Of a stretch of 17,396 bases of DNA, positions 7,088 through 15,906 are shown in pieces; position 1 is the stretch's first letter; each line of letters begins with the position of its first letter. Both the position numbers and the translations under genes were made by a program. The stretch covers positions 1 through 17,396 of the forward strand of contig CBDCZH010000002.1 of NCBI GenBank assembly GCA_965224485.1, written 5' to 3'. The notes under the pieces are model-generated. The model was not told the origin of the DNA, did not search any database, and saw only the letters and a list, made by a program, of their open reading frames with translations. The DNA comes from Arcobacteraceae bacterium. Its GTDB lineage: Bacteria; Campylobacterota; Campylobacteria; Campylobacterales; Arcobacteraceae.

Positions 7088-7106
7088 AGGGGTAGGAAAT
7101 CCACTT
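7088..7106. repeat. Half REP-like palindrome at the IS110 left junction
   Basis: AGGGGTAGGAAATCCACTT is one arm of the repeat at 7426-7464, cut at the palindrome centre. Confidence 0.9.
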
Positions 7107-7167
7107 ATCTGATTTACACTTCTAAGAATGAATCTCCACTAGTTAAGAAAAACGTGGAGCGTAAGTC

Positions 7168-7367
7168 CTGCCTTTGTTGAAACAGAGTGTTTGTTTTCTT
7201 CTTTCGGAACAGACCGAATCTGTTTGAACGTTAAAAAATGTGCTCTTTAGCACATTTTAGAGAGTTATGCAGGGTAGAAAGAAGAAAACAATAAGCGAAG
7301 GTAGCTTTGCTTTCAACAATACGGCAGTTGCTTTCTTTTTTCTTCTTTTCAAGAAAAGAAGAAAAAA
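7168..7367. other. Highly structured non-coding element with nested inverted repeats
   Basis: CTGCC/GGCAG, TTGTTGAAA/TTTCAACAA, TTGTTTTCTTCTTTC/GAAAGAAGAAAACAA (15 bp), AACAGA/TCTGTT, AAAATGTGCT/AGCACATTTT, then a 15-bp-arm hairpin at 7336-7367. Confidence 0.75.
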
Positions 7368-7425
7368 AACGAATGCGCCAGCTTTCATGAGCTCTAGAAC
7401 AAAAATAAATACAGCCATATTTTTG

Positions 7426-7464
7426 AAAGTGGACTTCCTACCCCTGGGGTAGGAAATCCACTTT
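7426..7464. repeat. REP-like palindrome, copy 2
   Basis: AAAGTGGACTTCCTACCCC-T-GGGGTAGGAAATCCACTTT, 19-bp arms with one mismatch. Flanks (~7383-7500) are similar to ~7876-7995. Confidence 0.92.
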
Positions 7465-7527
7465 ATTTTACGATGAAAGATTTCTCAGTTTAGTTTATTT
7501 ACTAACAAGAATTAATATTTATATTTC

Positions 7528-7556
7528 TTGACTTTATATTTCTTTATTGTTATGAT
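7528..7556 (+). promoter_or_regulatory. Sigma70-type promoter with no downstream ORF
   Basis: TTGACT-17 nt-TATGAT with a TGn extension. Confidence 0.5.
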
Positions 7557-7920
7557 TATGAATCAAATAACATAAAAAGTTAGTTTAACAAAGTTAATTT
7601 TCGTTAATTTTATTGAGCTTACTTTTTTTAGTAAGTCAAGAAAACCAGTGGATTGAACGACTTGTATCGTTTATGGGATGTAAACTTTCAATAACCATGT
7701 CCTCGTAACAGTTTTTGGTCTGTTACAATATTATTCCCTAAAAAATGTTTTAAATGATAATATTTTGTTTTTTATTAATCTTATAGATACCATTCTTACT
7801 ACATTATTTTGATATTTCTTTTTTAAAACCAAAGACACATCATTTTGTCTTGTTTGTTGATTTCTTGTAATACTTTTTCACGAGCTTTAACTCAAAAAAT
7901 AAATAGCATCTTAATTTTTA

Positions 7921-7959
7921 AAAGTGGATTTTCTACCCCTGGGGCAGTAAATCCACTTT
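7921..7959. repeat. REP-like palindrome, copy 3 (degenerate)
   Basis: AAAGTGGATTTTCTACCCC-T-GGGGCAGTAAATCCACTTT, followed by the shared TACGATGAAAGATT. Confidence 0.9.
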
Positions 7960-8066
7960 CTTCTACGATGAAAGATTACTTAGTTAAGTTTATAAAATAT
8001 TATATTATTGTAGAGAAGATAGACTTTTCGTTTTTATGAATTAAGAAGGAACAAAAAACTAGATAA

Positions 8067-8091
8067 TACAGCCAAAAATGTATTGGCTGTA
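8067..8091 (-). terminator. Probable intrinsic terminator of the DUF1772 gene
   Basis: TACAGCCAA-N7-TTGGCTGTA just past the stop at 8108. Confidence 0.6.
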
Positions 8092-8107
8092 ATTATATTT
8101 TGGTATT

Positions 8108-8551
8108 TTAGTTTACAACACTTGCATACAAAGCAATTATAAATGCAAGAGTAGAACAAGCAGATCTAATATGATGTTTTTTTGCCCAAGCAGCAATTAA
8201 ATTCTTTATTTCGTGCTCAGATGTATTTTCATCAGCTGCCATTAATTTTGTATTAATAGGGGCAATGAAAATAAGTGTTATTGGTGTTAATAAAAAAAGA
8301 AAAAATGCAGACGCGTACCATAAAGAATCATTTAAAATGTAGCCAGAAACAAGAGCTAGAATCATTGTGAATATTCCTAGGGGTTTAAACATGGTACCTG
8401 CAATTGGAAAAGCATAGTTCCAGTTTGCCAATTGTTCTTTTGCGCTCATTTTCTCCCTTGCTCCAATTTCAACATGAGATGCATACATCATTGCACCTGC
8501 AACCATACCAATTAATAATAATGATATAAATTCTATACTTACGTTTAACAT
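8108..8551 (-). CDS. DUF1772 / anthrone-oxygenase-like membrane protein
   Basis: Four hydrophobic helices, PINTKL and W.KKHHIR motifs, AAGGA RBS. Confidence 0.75.
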   Translation of the reverse strand: MLNVSIEFISLLLIGMVAGAMMYASHVEIGAREKMSAKEQLANWNYAFPIAGTMFKPLGIFTMILALVSGYILNDSLWYASAFFLFLLTPITLIFIAPINTKLMAADENTSEHEIKNLIAAWAKKHHIRSACSTLAFIIALYASVVN

Positions 8552-8904
8552 CTTAAAATCCTTGAGTTTGTTTATATTTATATATTTAAAAAAACATATT
8601 ACCTATTTAATAATAAAATTACAAAAAATACTGAGAACTAATATTAAATTAATGACTAAGTTTTGTTTCAAATAAAAAAGAAAATAACAAGAGATTTGAG
8701 CTTTATTTCTTTCTTTTAATTGGGTAAACTATGAATAATTGTGCAGTTTTGATATGCGCTATCAGACAAAATAAATACTATATTAAAGTACAAAAGTAGC
8801 AAAAAATAAAAATAGATATTTATTACTATTTTTTATACTGTTATTTGATTTATTTTACATATTTTTGTTTTATACTTAGTGCAAATAAAATTGAAGGATT
8901 ATCC

Positions 8905-10506
8905 ATGAAAAAAATTACACTAGCCCTAGGAATGTTATTAGTTACAGGTCTTTATGCAACTAAATACCAAGATACCTATACAACAGTTGTTCATGATACA
9001 GAAAAAATAGTAAAAATGAATTATTCAAAGAATGACTATCTTTTACATTCTCCTTACTTTAATAAAAAAGGAAATGAGAATACAAGTTTTACCACTTATG
9101 ATGAAATGCATGCATTTACTAGAAACATCGCAAAAAATAATTCTTGGGCAGAATTAAGATATTTTGGAGAATCTCAAGAGGGAAAGAAAATTCCCTATTT
9201 ATTTTTAAGTAATAATACTTATTATAAAGATAAAGTAAAGGTATGGTTACAAGGTGGAATTCACGGAAATGAACCTGCAGGTACAGAAGGAATGCTTGCA
9301 TTAATGGGATATATGGAAAACAATCAAGGACAAATTAAAAAATGGTTAGAAGACATGGATATTATTATTGTACCAAGATTTAATGTAGATGGTACAGATT
9401 ATTTTCAAAGAAGAAGTGCTCGAAACATTGATTTTAATAGAGATCATATTAAAATAACATTACCCGAAATGATAAAAGTTAAAAATGTTTTCAATAAATT
9501 TTCTCCTCATATTGTGGTAGACAATCACGAATTCACAAGTTATAGAAAAGAACTAAAAAAATACGGTAAAGATGGTTATAACGTACCTTATGATGCTTTA
9601 CTTGCCGGTGCTAAAAATTTAAATATTAACAAATCTCTTAGAACTATCACCAATTCATTAGTAATAAATAATATGAAAAAAGAATTAAATAATCACAATT
9701 TATCAAATGAAACCTATGTAACTTATAGTAAAAAAGGTGATACCTTAACTATTAAAGAAGCAGGTACAGTAGGAAGAATAGGTAGAAATGCAGCGGGGCT
9801 TTCCAATGCAATTTCAATTCTTACCGAATCAAGAGGGGTTGGTCTTGGTAATCAGCATTTTAATAGAAGAGTTAAAACACAACTTGTAATGAATGAAGCT
9901 ATTTTAAATACAGCAGTGAAGAATAAAAAAGAGATTTTAAGTACTGTTCAAAAAGCTATTAACAAAACAATAGAAGATGGTAGAAACGGTACAAATGATA
10001 TTATCATTAAAAGTAAAAGAAGTACTGGAACAAAAAAGTACAACTTTATTGAAATAGATTCAGGAGAAATGATTACCGTTGATGCTAAATATGCTTTTTC
10101 CTCAAAAGAAGTAGCTACGCTTACGCGAATCAGACCAAAAGCATATATTATTCCCTCTGCATTTTCTCATATAACGCAAAAAATAAAGAACCTAGGCCTC
10201 AAAGTTGAAATATTAAAAGAAGCAAGAACAATGAAGGTAGAGGCTTTTGAAATCATAAAAAATAAAGTAAAAACAAAACTATATGAAGGGGAATTTCGAA
10301 ATATAATAACTTCAAAACTAGTAAAAAGAGAAATTAGATTTCCAGCAGGAAGCGCAATTGTTTCCATGGCACAGAAAAATGCAAACTTAATGATGCTTGC
10401 GTTAGAACCTGATTCAAGTGATTCTTTTGCTACTTTCAACATTATTCCTATATCAAAAGGAGATGAGTTTCCTATTTTTAGATATCACGGGAAATTAATA
10501 CCTTAA
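8905..10506 (+). CDS. Secreted M14-family zinc carboxypeptidase
   Basis: GGIHGNEPAG (HxxE), PRFNVDG, DFNRD and DNHE motifs. Start moved to ATG 8905 (AAGGA RBS, MKK signal peptide). Confidence 0.9.
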   Translation: MKKITLALGMLLVTGLYATKYQDTYTTVVHDTEKIVKMNYSKNDYLLHSPYFNKKGNENTSFTTYDEMHAFTRNIAKNNSWAELRYFGESQEGKKIPYLFLSNNTYYKDKVKVWLQGGIHGNEPAGTEGMLALMGYMENNQGQIKKWLEDMDIIIVPRFNVDGTDYFQRRSARNIDFNRDHIKITLPEMIKVKNVFNKFSPHIVVDNHEFTSYRKELKKYGKDGYNVPYDALLAGAKNLNINKSLRTITNSLVINNMKKELNNHNLSNETYVTYSKKGDTLTIKEAGTVGRIGRNAAGLSNAISILTESRGVGLGNQHFNRRVKTQLVMNEAILNTAVKNKKEILSTVQKAINKTIEDGRNGTNDIIIKSKRSTGTKKYNFIEIDSGEMITVDAKYAFSSKEVATLTRIRPKAYIIPSAFSHITQKIKNLGLKVEILKEARTMKVEAFEIIKNKVKTKLYEGEFRNIITSKLVKREIRFPAGSAIVSMAQKNANLMMLALEPDSSDSFATFNIIPISKGDEFPIFRYHGKLIP

Positions 10507-10521
10507 GGTACTAACTAGAAT

Positions 10522-10550
10522 ATGTCAGCATTAAATAACAATGCTGACAT
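10522..10550 (+). terminator. Probable terminator hairpin
   Basis: ATGTCAGCATT-N7-AATGCTGACAT after the peptidase stop. Confidence 0.6.
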
Positions 10551-10775
10551 TCTATGTTAATACTAAACCTAACAAGCAATCAAAAATTATACCCTTGATT
10601 TAAACTTCCATTGATAATTCACATTTTACGTAAAAATGCTTTGATTTAAAAAGAGAATCAACTTAATTATTCTGAAAATTATAGTTTTTATCTTTTCTAA
10701 AATTAAACTAGCTAATCTCCTTTATGAAAAATTTCTATATAATAAACAAATACATTATTTAAGGAATATTTAACA

Positions 10776-11579
10776 ATGAAAAAAACACTACTTATACTGA
10801 TTTTATTATGCAATTATGCATTTTCTTTTTCTTTCTCTGATTTAACAGACTCTATTGTAAAAGAAGCAAAAGAAGTGGTAAAAACACAAACGGGTTCACC
10901 TGCTTCATCATTGAGCAATGAAACGATTATCAAAGGTTTAAAAGAGGCTTTAAACAAAGGAGTAACAACTGCTGTTAGTTCATTGGGTGCTAATAATGGG
11001 TATTTAAATAACTCTGAGGTAAAAATCCCTCTTCCTGCTAATTTGGAAAAAGCAAAAATGTTGCTTAGTAAAATAGGTGGTGAGTCTTATATTAAAGATT
11101 TAGAAAAAGCTATGAACGATGCAGCTACACAAGCAGCACCTAAAACAGCTAAGATACTAGCCAATAGTATTTCTAAGATGTCAATTAGTGATGCTTCTAA
11201 TATTTTAAATGGTGCAGATAATTCTGCAACAACTTATTTTAAAACAAATACCCTGGACTCATTAAAAACACTAATCACTCCTATTATAAAAGAAACAATG
11301 GCTTCTAATGATGTGGCTTCTTATTATTCTTCTTTTAACTCTTTTTACAAAGAAAATGTAAAATCCTATGTGGATTCAAGCTCAATTACTTCTTATGCTA
11401 AAACGCTAGGAGTTGATTCTTATATTCCTAGTTCTAGTGATGAGTCTTTGGATGAATTTATTGTTAATAAAGCTTTAGATGGTCTGTTTTTAATGATTGA
11501 AAAAGAAGAAAAACTTATAAGAGAAAACCCAGTTGAACGAACGACACAAATTTTAAAAGATGTTTTTAGTAAAAATTAA
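10776..11579 (+). CDS. DUF4197 domain exported protein
   Basis: GLKEAL..G, VKIPLP, MNDAA, AT.YF, KALDGLF.MI..EE..IR.NP..RTT..L..VF motifs. Signal peptide. Confidence 0.9.
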   Translation: MKKTLLILILLCNYAFSFSFSDLTDSIVKEAKEVVKTQTGSPASSLSNETIIKGLKEALNKGVTTAVSSLGANNGYLNNSEVKIPLPANLEKAKMLLSKIGGESYIKDLEKAMNDAATQAAPKTAKILANSISKMSISDASNILNGADNSATTYFKTNTLDSLKTLITPIIKETMASNDVASYYSSFNSFYKENVKSYVDSSSITSYAKTLGVDSYIPSSSDESLDEFIVNKALDGLFLMIEKEEKLIRENPVERTTQILKDVFSKN

Positions 11580-11596
11580 AATACTTAGGAGATTCA

Positions 11597-12157
11597 ATGT
11601 ATAGATGTGCTTGGGCTTGTAAAAATCCCTTAGAAATGAAATATCATGATGAAGAATGGGGTGTGCCTATTCATGATGATAGATTACTTTTCGAAATGCT
11701 AATTTTAGAAAGTGCGCAATCTGGTCTTAGTTGGAATACTATTTTGCAAAAAAGAGAGGGTTATATAAAAGCTTTTGATAATTTTGATACAAAAAAAATA
11801 TCAAAGTACTCTTCGTTGAAAATTGAAGAACTAATAAATGATACTGGAATTGTTAGAAATAAACTAAAAATTAATGCAACAATTACAAATGCTAAAGTAT
11901 TCTTAACTATTCAAAAAGAATATGGTAGTTTTGATACATATATTTGGTCGTTTTTAGAAGGAAAAACACTTATAAATAAATGGAAAACTGAATCAGAAGT
12001 TCCCTCTTCTAGTGATGAATCTACTAAGATGAGCAAGGATTTAAAAAAAAGAGGCTTTAAATTTGTAGGTCCAACAACTTGTTATGCATATATGCAAGCT
12101 ATTGGAATGGTGAACGATCACGTAATTTCTTGTTTTAGGTATAAACAAGTAAATTAA
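11597..12157 (+). CDS. tag: DNA-3-methyladenine glycosylase I
   Basis: RCAW, YHDEEWG, LFEML.LE.AQSGLSW, GFKFVGPT and GMVNDH...C motifs. Confidence 0.96.
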   Translation: MYRCAWACKNPLEMKYHDEEWGVPIHDDRLLFEMLILESAQSGLSWNTILQKREGYIKAFDNFDTKKISKYSSLKIEELINDTGIVRNKLKINATITNAKVFLTIQKEYGSFDTYIWSFLEGKTLINKWKTESEVPSSSDESTKMSKDLKKRGFKFVGPTTCYAYMQAIGMVNDHVISCFRYKQVN

Positions 12158-12181
12158 TTACAGTTTTGGAGCTAAATTTTT

Positions 12182-13027
12182 TTAGCTCAATAAGTCTTTG
12201 AATTCTTCAATCTCTTTTAGATTCTCAAAGAGTTCTTCTCCTTCTATCTCATCTTTTAAATTTGGAGATTGCTGTATTGCTATTAATAAATCAGCTATGG
12301 CTTCATTGTTATTATGCAGTACCGCATTTGCACACGAACGTTGCCAATAAGCATATCCATATTCTGGGTCAATTTCTATGGCTTTATTACTAAGATTTAA
12401 TGCCCATTCATATTCATCCATATCTAAAACAGCATCTGCTTTATAGGCATACACTTCTGCATCATCTGGATTAATAGTTATAATCTCATCATAAATATCA
12501 ATCTTTGATTGGGGATTTGTTTCTAGGTTTGAACGCATCCACAGTGAGTGAATGTATTGGGTATTATAGATTTTATTTTGATTATCAAGAATTTTTTCTG
12601 ATTGTAGGGTCATTTCTTCTTGCAGTTTTTCCATTTTTATATTGTATTTTTTTGTAATGATATTGAGTCGTTCTTCTACTATGCTTTCTGTTTTAATTCT
12701 AATATCTCGAAAAGAATTCCATCCTGCAAATATTAGCACAGAAGTAGCAGCTGCAATTAAATAAAAAATATTCCCAATAGTATCTGTCATGTATCTAGCA
12801 GCACGATCAGTTTGTCCTACTTCATTTTTTGTTAATCTTTTTTCAACGTGTATTCGAAGTTTCATATTTTCAATACGTAAATCTTTTAGTTCATCTAAAA
12901 CATAACGTTCCATTAAAGGTCTTTGCAACAATTCTTCTAATCCTTGTGCGTTTTTTTCTGCTGCATTTAAGAGCGATGAGAAAGATAATATAAAAACAAT
13001 AAGAAAAAATTTAAACGATAATTTCAT
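12182..13027 (-). CDS. TPR-repeat membrane-anchored protein
   Basis: Signal peptide, one internal TM segment, coiled coil, C-terminal TPR-like repeats (AIEIDPEYGYAYWQR). Confidence 0.8.
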   Translation of the reverse strand: MKLSFKFFLIVFILSFSSLLNAAEKNAQGLEELLQRPLMERYVLDELKDLRIENMKLRIHVEKRLTKNEVGQTDRAARYMTDTIGNIFYLIAAATSVLIFAGWNSFRDIRIKTESIVEERLNIITKKYNIKMEKLQEEMTLQSEKILDNQNKIYNTQYIHSLWMRSNLETNPQSKIDIYDEIITINPDDAEVYAYKADAVLDMDEYEWALNLSNKAIEIDPEYGYAYWQRSCANAVLHNNNEAIADLLIAIQQSPNLKDEIEGEELFENLKEIEEFKDLLS

Positions 13028-13166
13028 AACAAACCTTAGTATAAGAATTTGAATTATTATAACGAATCACTCTTTAATTAAATCAATAAAAAAGAAGATT
13101 TCATTGTTTTATACGCTTATAATAAATTAAAACATGTGTGAGTAAATATACTAAGAAAAATAAAGA

Positions 13167-13661
13167 TTATTTACTTAAAGCCATTCTTGAATATAAACCG
13201 GCTTTAGTGGTATATCCAACTTCAGTGAATTTGAGTTCTTTATTTTTGTCATAAATAAAAGAAGTGGGAAAAGCTTGAATATTAAATTTACGTGAATAAT
13301 AAGCATCTTCATCATTTACTACTTTGAATGTTAAGTTATTATCACTTAAGTATTTTTTTATTTCTTTTTTACTGCCTGATTGCACTGCTATAGTTATTAC
13401 TTCATAATCTTTTGAAAGTGCTTGTATATTGGAAGCTTCGAATTTGCAAGTAGGGCACCAAGTAGCCCAAAAATGAACAAGAATAGCTTTGTCTTTTTTA
13501 ACAATATATTTGCTGTTATCAAGAAGAATAAAGCTTTTTTCTTCAAGATTATTTTTATTTAAATCTAAGGAACGATAATAACTTAAGCCATTTAACACAA
13601 TGGTAAGGACAAGAATAAAGATAATACTTTCTTTGAAATATTTTTTTAATTTATTTTTCAC
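13167..13661 (-). CDS. Membrane-anchored thioredoxin-like disulfide oxidoreductase (TlpA/redoxin family)
   Basis: HFWATWCPTC (CxxC), FP cis-Pro motif, N-terminal TM anchor, GTG start. Confidence 0.9.
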   Translation of the reverse strand: MKNKLKKYFKESIIFILVLTIVLNGLSYYRSLDLNKNNLEEKSFILLDNSKYIVKKDKAILVHFWATWCPTCKFEASNIQALSKDYEVITIAVQSGSKKEIKKYLSDNNLTFKVVNDEDAYYSRKFNIQAFPTSFIYDKNKELKFTEVGYTTKAGLYSRMALSK

Positions 13662-13758
13662 TTCTTACCTTATTAATTTGTATAACTGCAATTATATTTT
13701 TTTATTGTTAAGTATGTGTTAAAAGCTTACGTTTGATCTTGGTTTTTGAAGAGAATAG

Positions 13759-13794
13759 TTTAGCTTCATGATAAAAAAGTATCATGAAACTAAA
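13759..13794 (-). terminator. Probable terminator of the BCCT gene
   Basis: TTTAGCTTCATGATA-N6-TATCATGAAACTAAA immediately after the stop at 13803. Confidence 0.6.
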
Positions 13795-13802
13795 GAGAGT
13801 AA

Positions 13803-15502
13803 TTATTTTGTTTTTAATTCAGACTGTAAGCCTCTGTAAAGGCTATAGGTCATAATTAATAAAATAACAGTAAAAGGTAAGGCTGTAGCAATTGAACCTG
13901 CTTGTAGGGCACTTAGCGCATCTGCTCCACCTACATATAAGAGTGCAATAGCAACAAAACCTTCTGTTACTGCCCAAAATACTCTTTGGGTTACGGGAGC
14001 ATCTTGTTTTCCACCTGCAGTAATACTATCAATTACTAAAGATCCAGAATCAGAGGAAGTTACAAAAAATACAATTACTAAAAAGATTGCAATAAAAGAC
14101 GTAATACTTGCAAAAGGAAGGTTTTCTAACATTTGAAACATTGCTAAGGATTTATCAGTAATTCCATTGCTTAATGCACCTACTTTTCCAATTACTTGGT
14201 CAAGTGCTGTTAGTCCAAAAGTACTCATCCAAATAGCAGTTACAAAAGTAGGAATTAATAAAACGGCAATTAAAAATTCTCTTACTGTTCTTCCTTTTGA
14301 AACTCTTGCAATAAACATTCCTACAAAAGGAGACCAAGCAATCCACCATGCCCAGTAAAATACTGTCCAACCATGATACCATTCGCTATCTTCTCGTCCA
14401 ACAAAATTACTTAAAGCAAAAATATTTGAAGCATAACCACTAAGTGTTGAACCCACTCCTGTTATTATTAATAAAGTAGGCCCTACAAGAATAATAAATA
14501 CAAGTAATATTAAAGCAAGAATAATATTAAACTTACTTAATACTTTAACCCCACCTTCTAAACCACGTACCACTGAAACTACGGCTAAAGCAGTAATTGC
14601 TAAAATTATATAGATTTCAGTGTTGACTCCTTTTTCAATACCAAATAAAAAGTTAAGACCAGAAGAAACTTGTTGCGCTCCTAATCCTAAAGAAGTAGCA
14701 AGCCCAAAAATAGTTGCAAATACAGCAAGTATATCTATTATATGTCCTGGCCAACCCCAAATTCGCTCTTTTAGTAAGGGATAAAATACTGATCTCATCG
14801 TCAATGGAAGTTTTTTATTATAAGAAAAGAATGCCAAAGCTAATCCAACTACCGCATAAATAGCCCAAGGATGTAATCCCCAGTGAAACATAGTAGCAGC
14901 CATTGCTAATTCTTTAGCTTCAGGTGTATTAGGAAGTACATTTAAAGGCGTATGCCACCATGAAGTATAATAAGCTACTGGTTCAGCTACGGACCAATAC
15001 ATAAGCCCAATTCCCATACCAGCAGCAAAAAGCATAGAAAACCATGAAATCTTGAAAATTCAGGTTTTGCATCCTCTCCTCCAAGACGTATTTTACCAAC
15101 AGGCAAAACTATTAATGCTAAACAAAACACTAAGCCCAATTCCCATACCAGCAGCAAAAAGCATAGAAAACCATGAAAATCTTGAAAATTCAGGTTTTGC
15201 ATCCTCTCCTCCAAGACGTATTTTACCAACAGGCAAAACTATTAATGCTAAACAAAACACTACAAAAATGTTTCCAGATAACATAAATAACCAATCAAAA
15301 TTATTGATTGACCACCATTTGAGGAGCTCCGTCTAATATTTCTTTTGCTTCTTTAGGAGCAGCAATAGTACCTATTACAAATACTAAAATTAGCATAGCA
15401 CTTATAATAAACACTGGGTTGTGAAAATCAATTGATTTGACCAAATTTTTGTAAATTATCCTGGCCTGCAGTTCAACTGTATTTTATATTTTTATCATTC
15501 AT
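13803..15502 (-). pseudogene. BCCT-family (betaine/choline/carnitine) transporter, 5' part broken by duplication and indels
   Basis: MLFAAGMGIGLMYW, HWGLHPW, WTVFYWAWWIAWSPFVGMFIARVSKGRT and FFVTSSDS motifs. N-terminal pieces (GQDN, HNPVF, FDWLF, KIRLGG..AKPEFS) lie in different frames back to ATG 15502 with a GGAG RBS. May be an assembly artefact. Confidence 0.85.
15002..15260. repeat. Tandem duplication (129 + 130 bp) inside the BCCT gene
   Basis: 15002-15130 and 15131-15260 are identical except for one A (CATGAAAT vs CATGAAAAT). Confidence 0.95.
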
Positions 15503-15676
15503 TTTTTCTCCATTTATTATGTAGTTTAGTATATACAAAATAACATAAAAAACTTTATACTAGCTAATAATAATATTTACTAGTAAGAATAAATAGTTTA
15601 AAAATAATATTTATAAGCACAAATAAAAAGTTTAATGATGATAATATGTGAAGATTATAATGCGAGAGGGAATGAA

Positions 15677-15886
15677 ATGAATGTATCTTTTAAAAACAAA
15701 ATGATAGAAGTTTGTAATAGTAAAATTGAGAAAAAAGGTTCGAATGTAGGTTTGTCTTTTTATGCTTTTTTTGCCAATAAAAATGATAATCCTGAATTAT
15801 TAATGGAAGTTGCAAAATGGTGGATAAAGGAGAATAAACTGGATCATTTTGAAAAAGCCATTAAAATTAAAAAAATGTTAGAATAA
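15677..15886 (+). CDS. Small conserved protein (resembles DUF6500)
   Basis: GAGGG RBS before ATG 15677. The VGLSFYAFFANKND.PELLME.A.WWI...LDHFEKA pattern is recalled, not searched. Confidence 0.7.
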   Translation: MNVSFKNKMIEVCNSKIEKKGSNVGLSFYAFFANKNDNPELLMEVAKWWIKENKLDHFEKAIKIKKMLE

Positions 15887-15906
15887 TATCAAAAAGGACA
15901 AATGAA

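Larger units (their letters stand above)
4245..7089 (-). mobile_element. IS110-family element copy 2 (IS110-group architecture, long left end), ~1.31 kb without the nested IS
   Basis: Bounded by CT cores on the minus strand. Left junction ...CCTACCC-CT-TGTATAAT (AG at 7088-7089). Right junction ...GTGGCAA-CT-GGGTTG (AG at 4245-4246). No TIRs. ~260-bp non-coding left end and very short right end. Confidence 0.9.

Noticed and set aside
7267..7452. 61-aa ORF
   Set aside because: Runs through inverted repeats and a palindrome, with low-complexity F/K runs that reflect DNA structure.
388..7959. Palindromic 31-39-bp repeats as a CRISPR array
   Set aside because: Irregular spacing of hundreds to thousands of bp, no spacer-sized intervals and no cas genes.
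7845..8039. 64-aa ORF
   Set aside because: TTG start, no RBS, crosses repeat copy 3, no recognisable features.
9119..10442. Antisense ORFs 9119-9301 and 10167-10442
   Set aside because: Shadows of the M14 peptidase gene.
14167..15336. Short ORFs at 14167, 14200, 14987, 15052 and 15093
   Set aside because: Shadow frames or fragments of the broken BCCT gene. Their internal repeats come from the DNA duplication.
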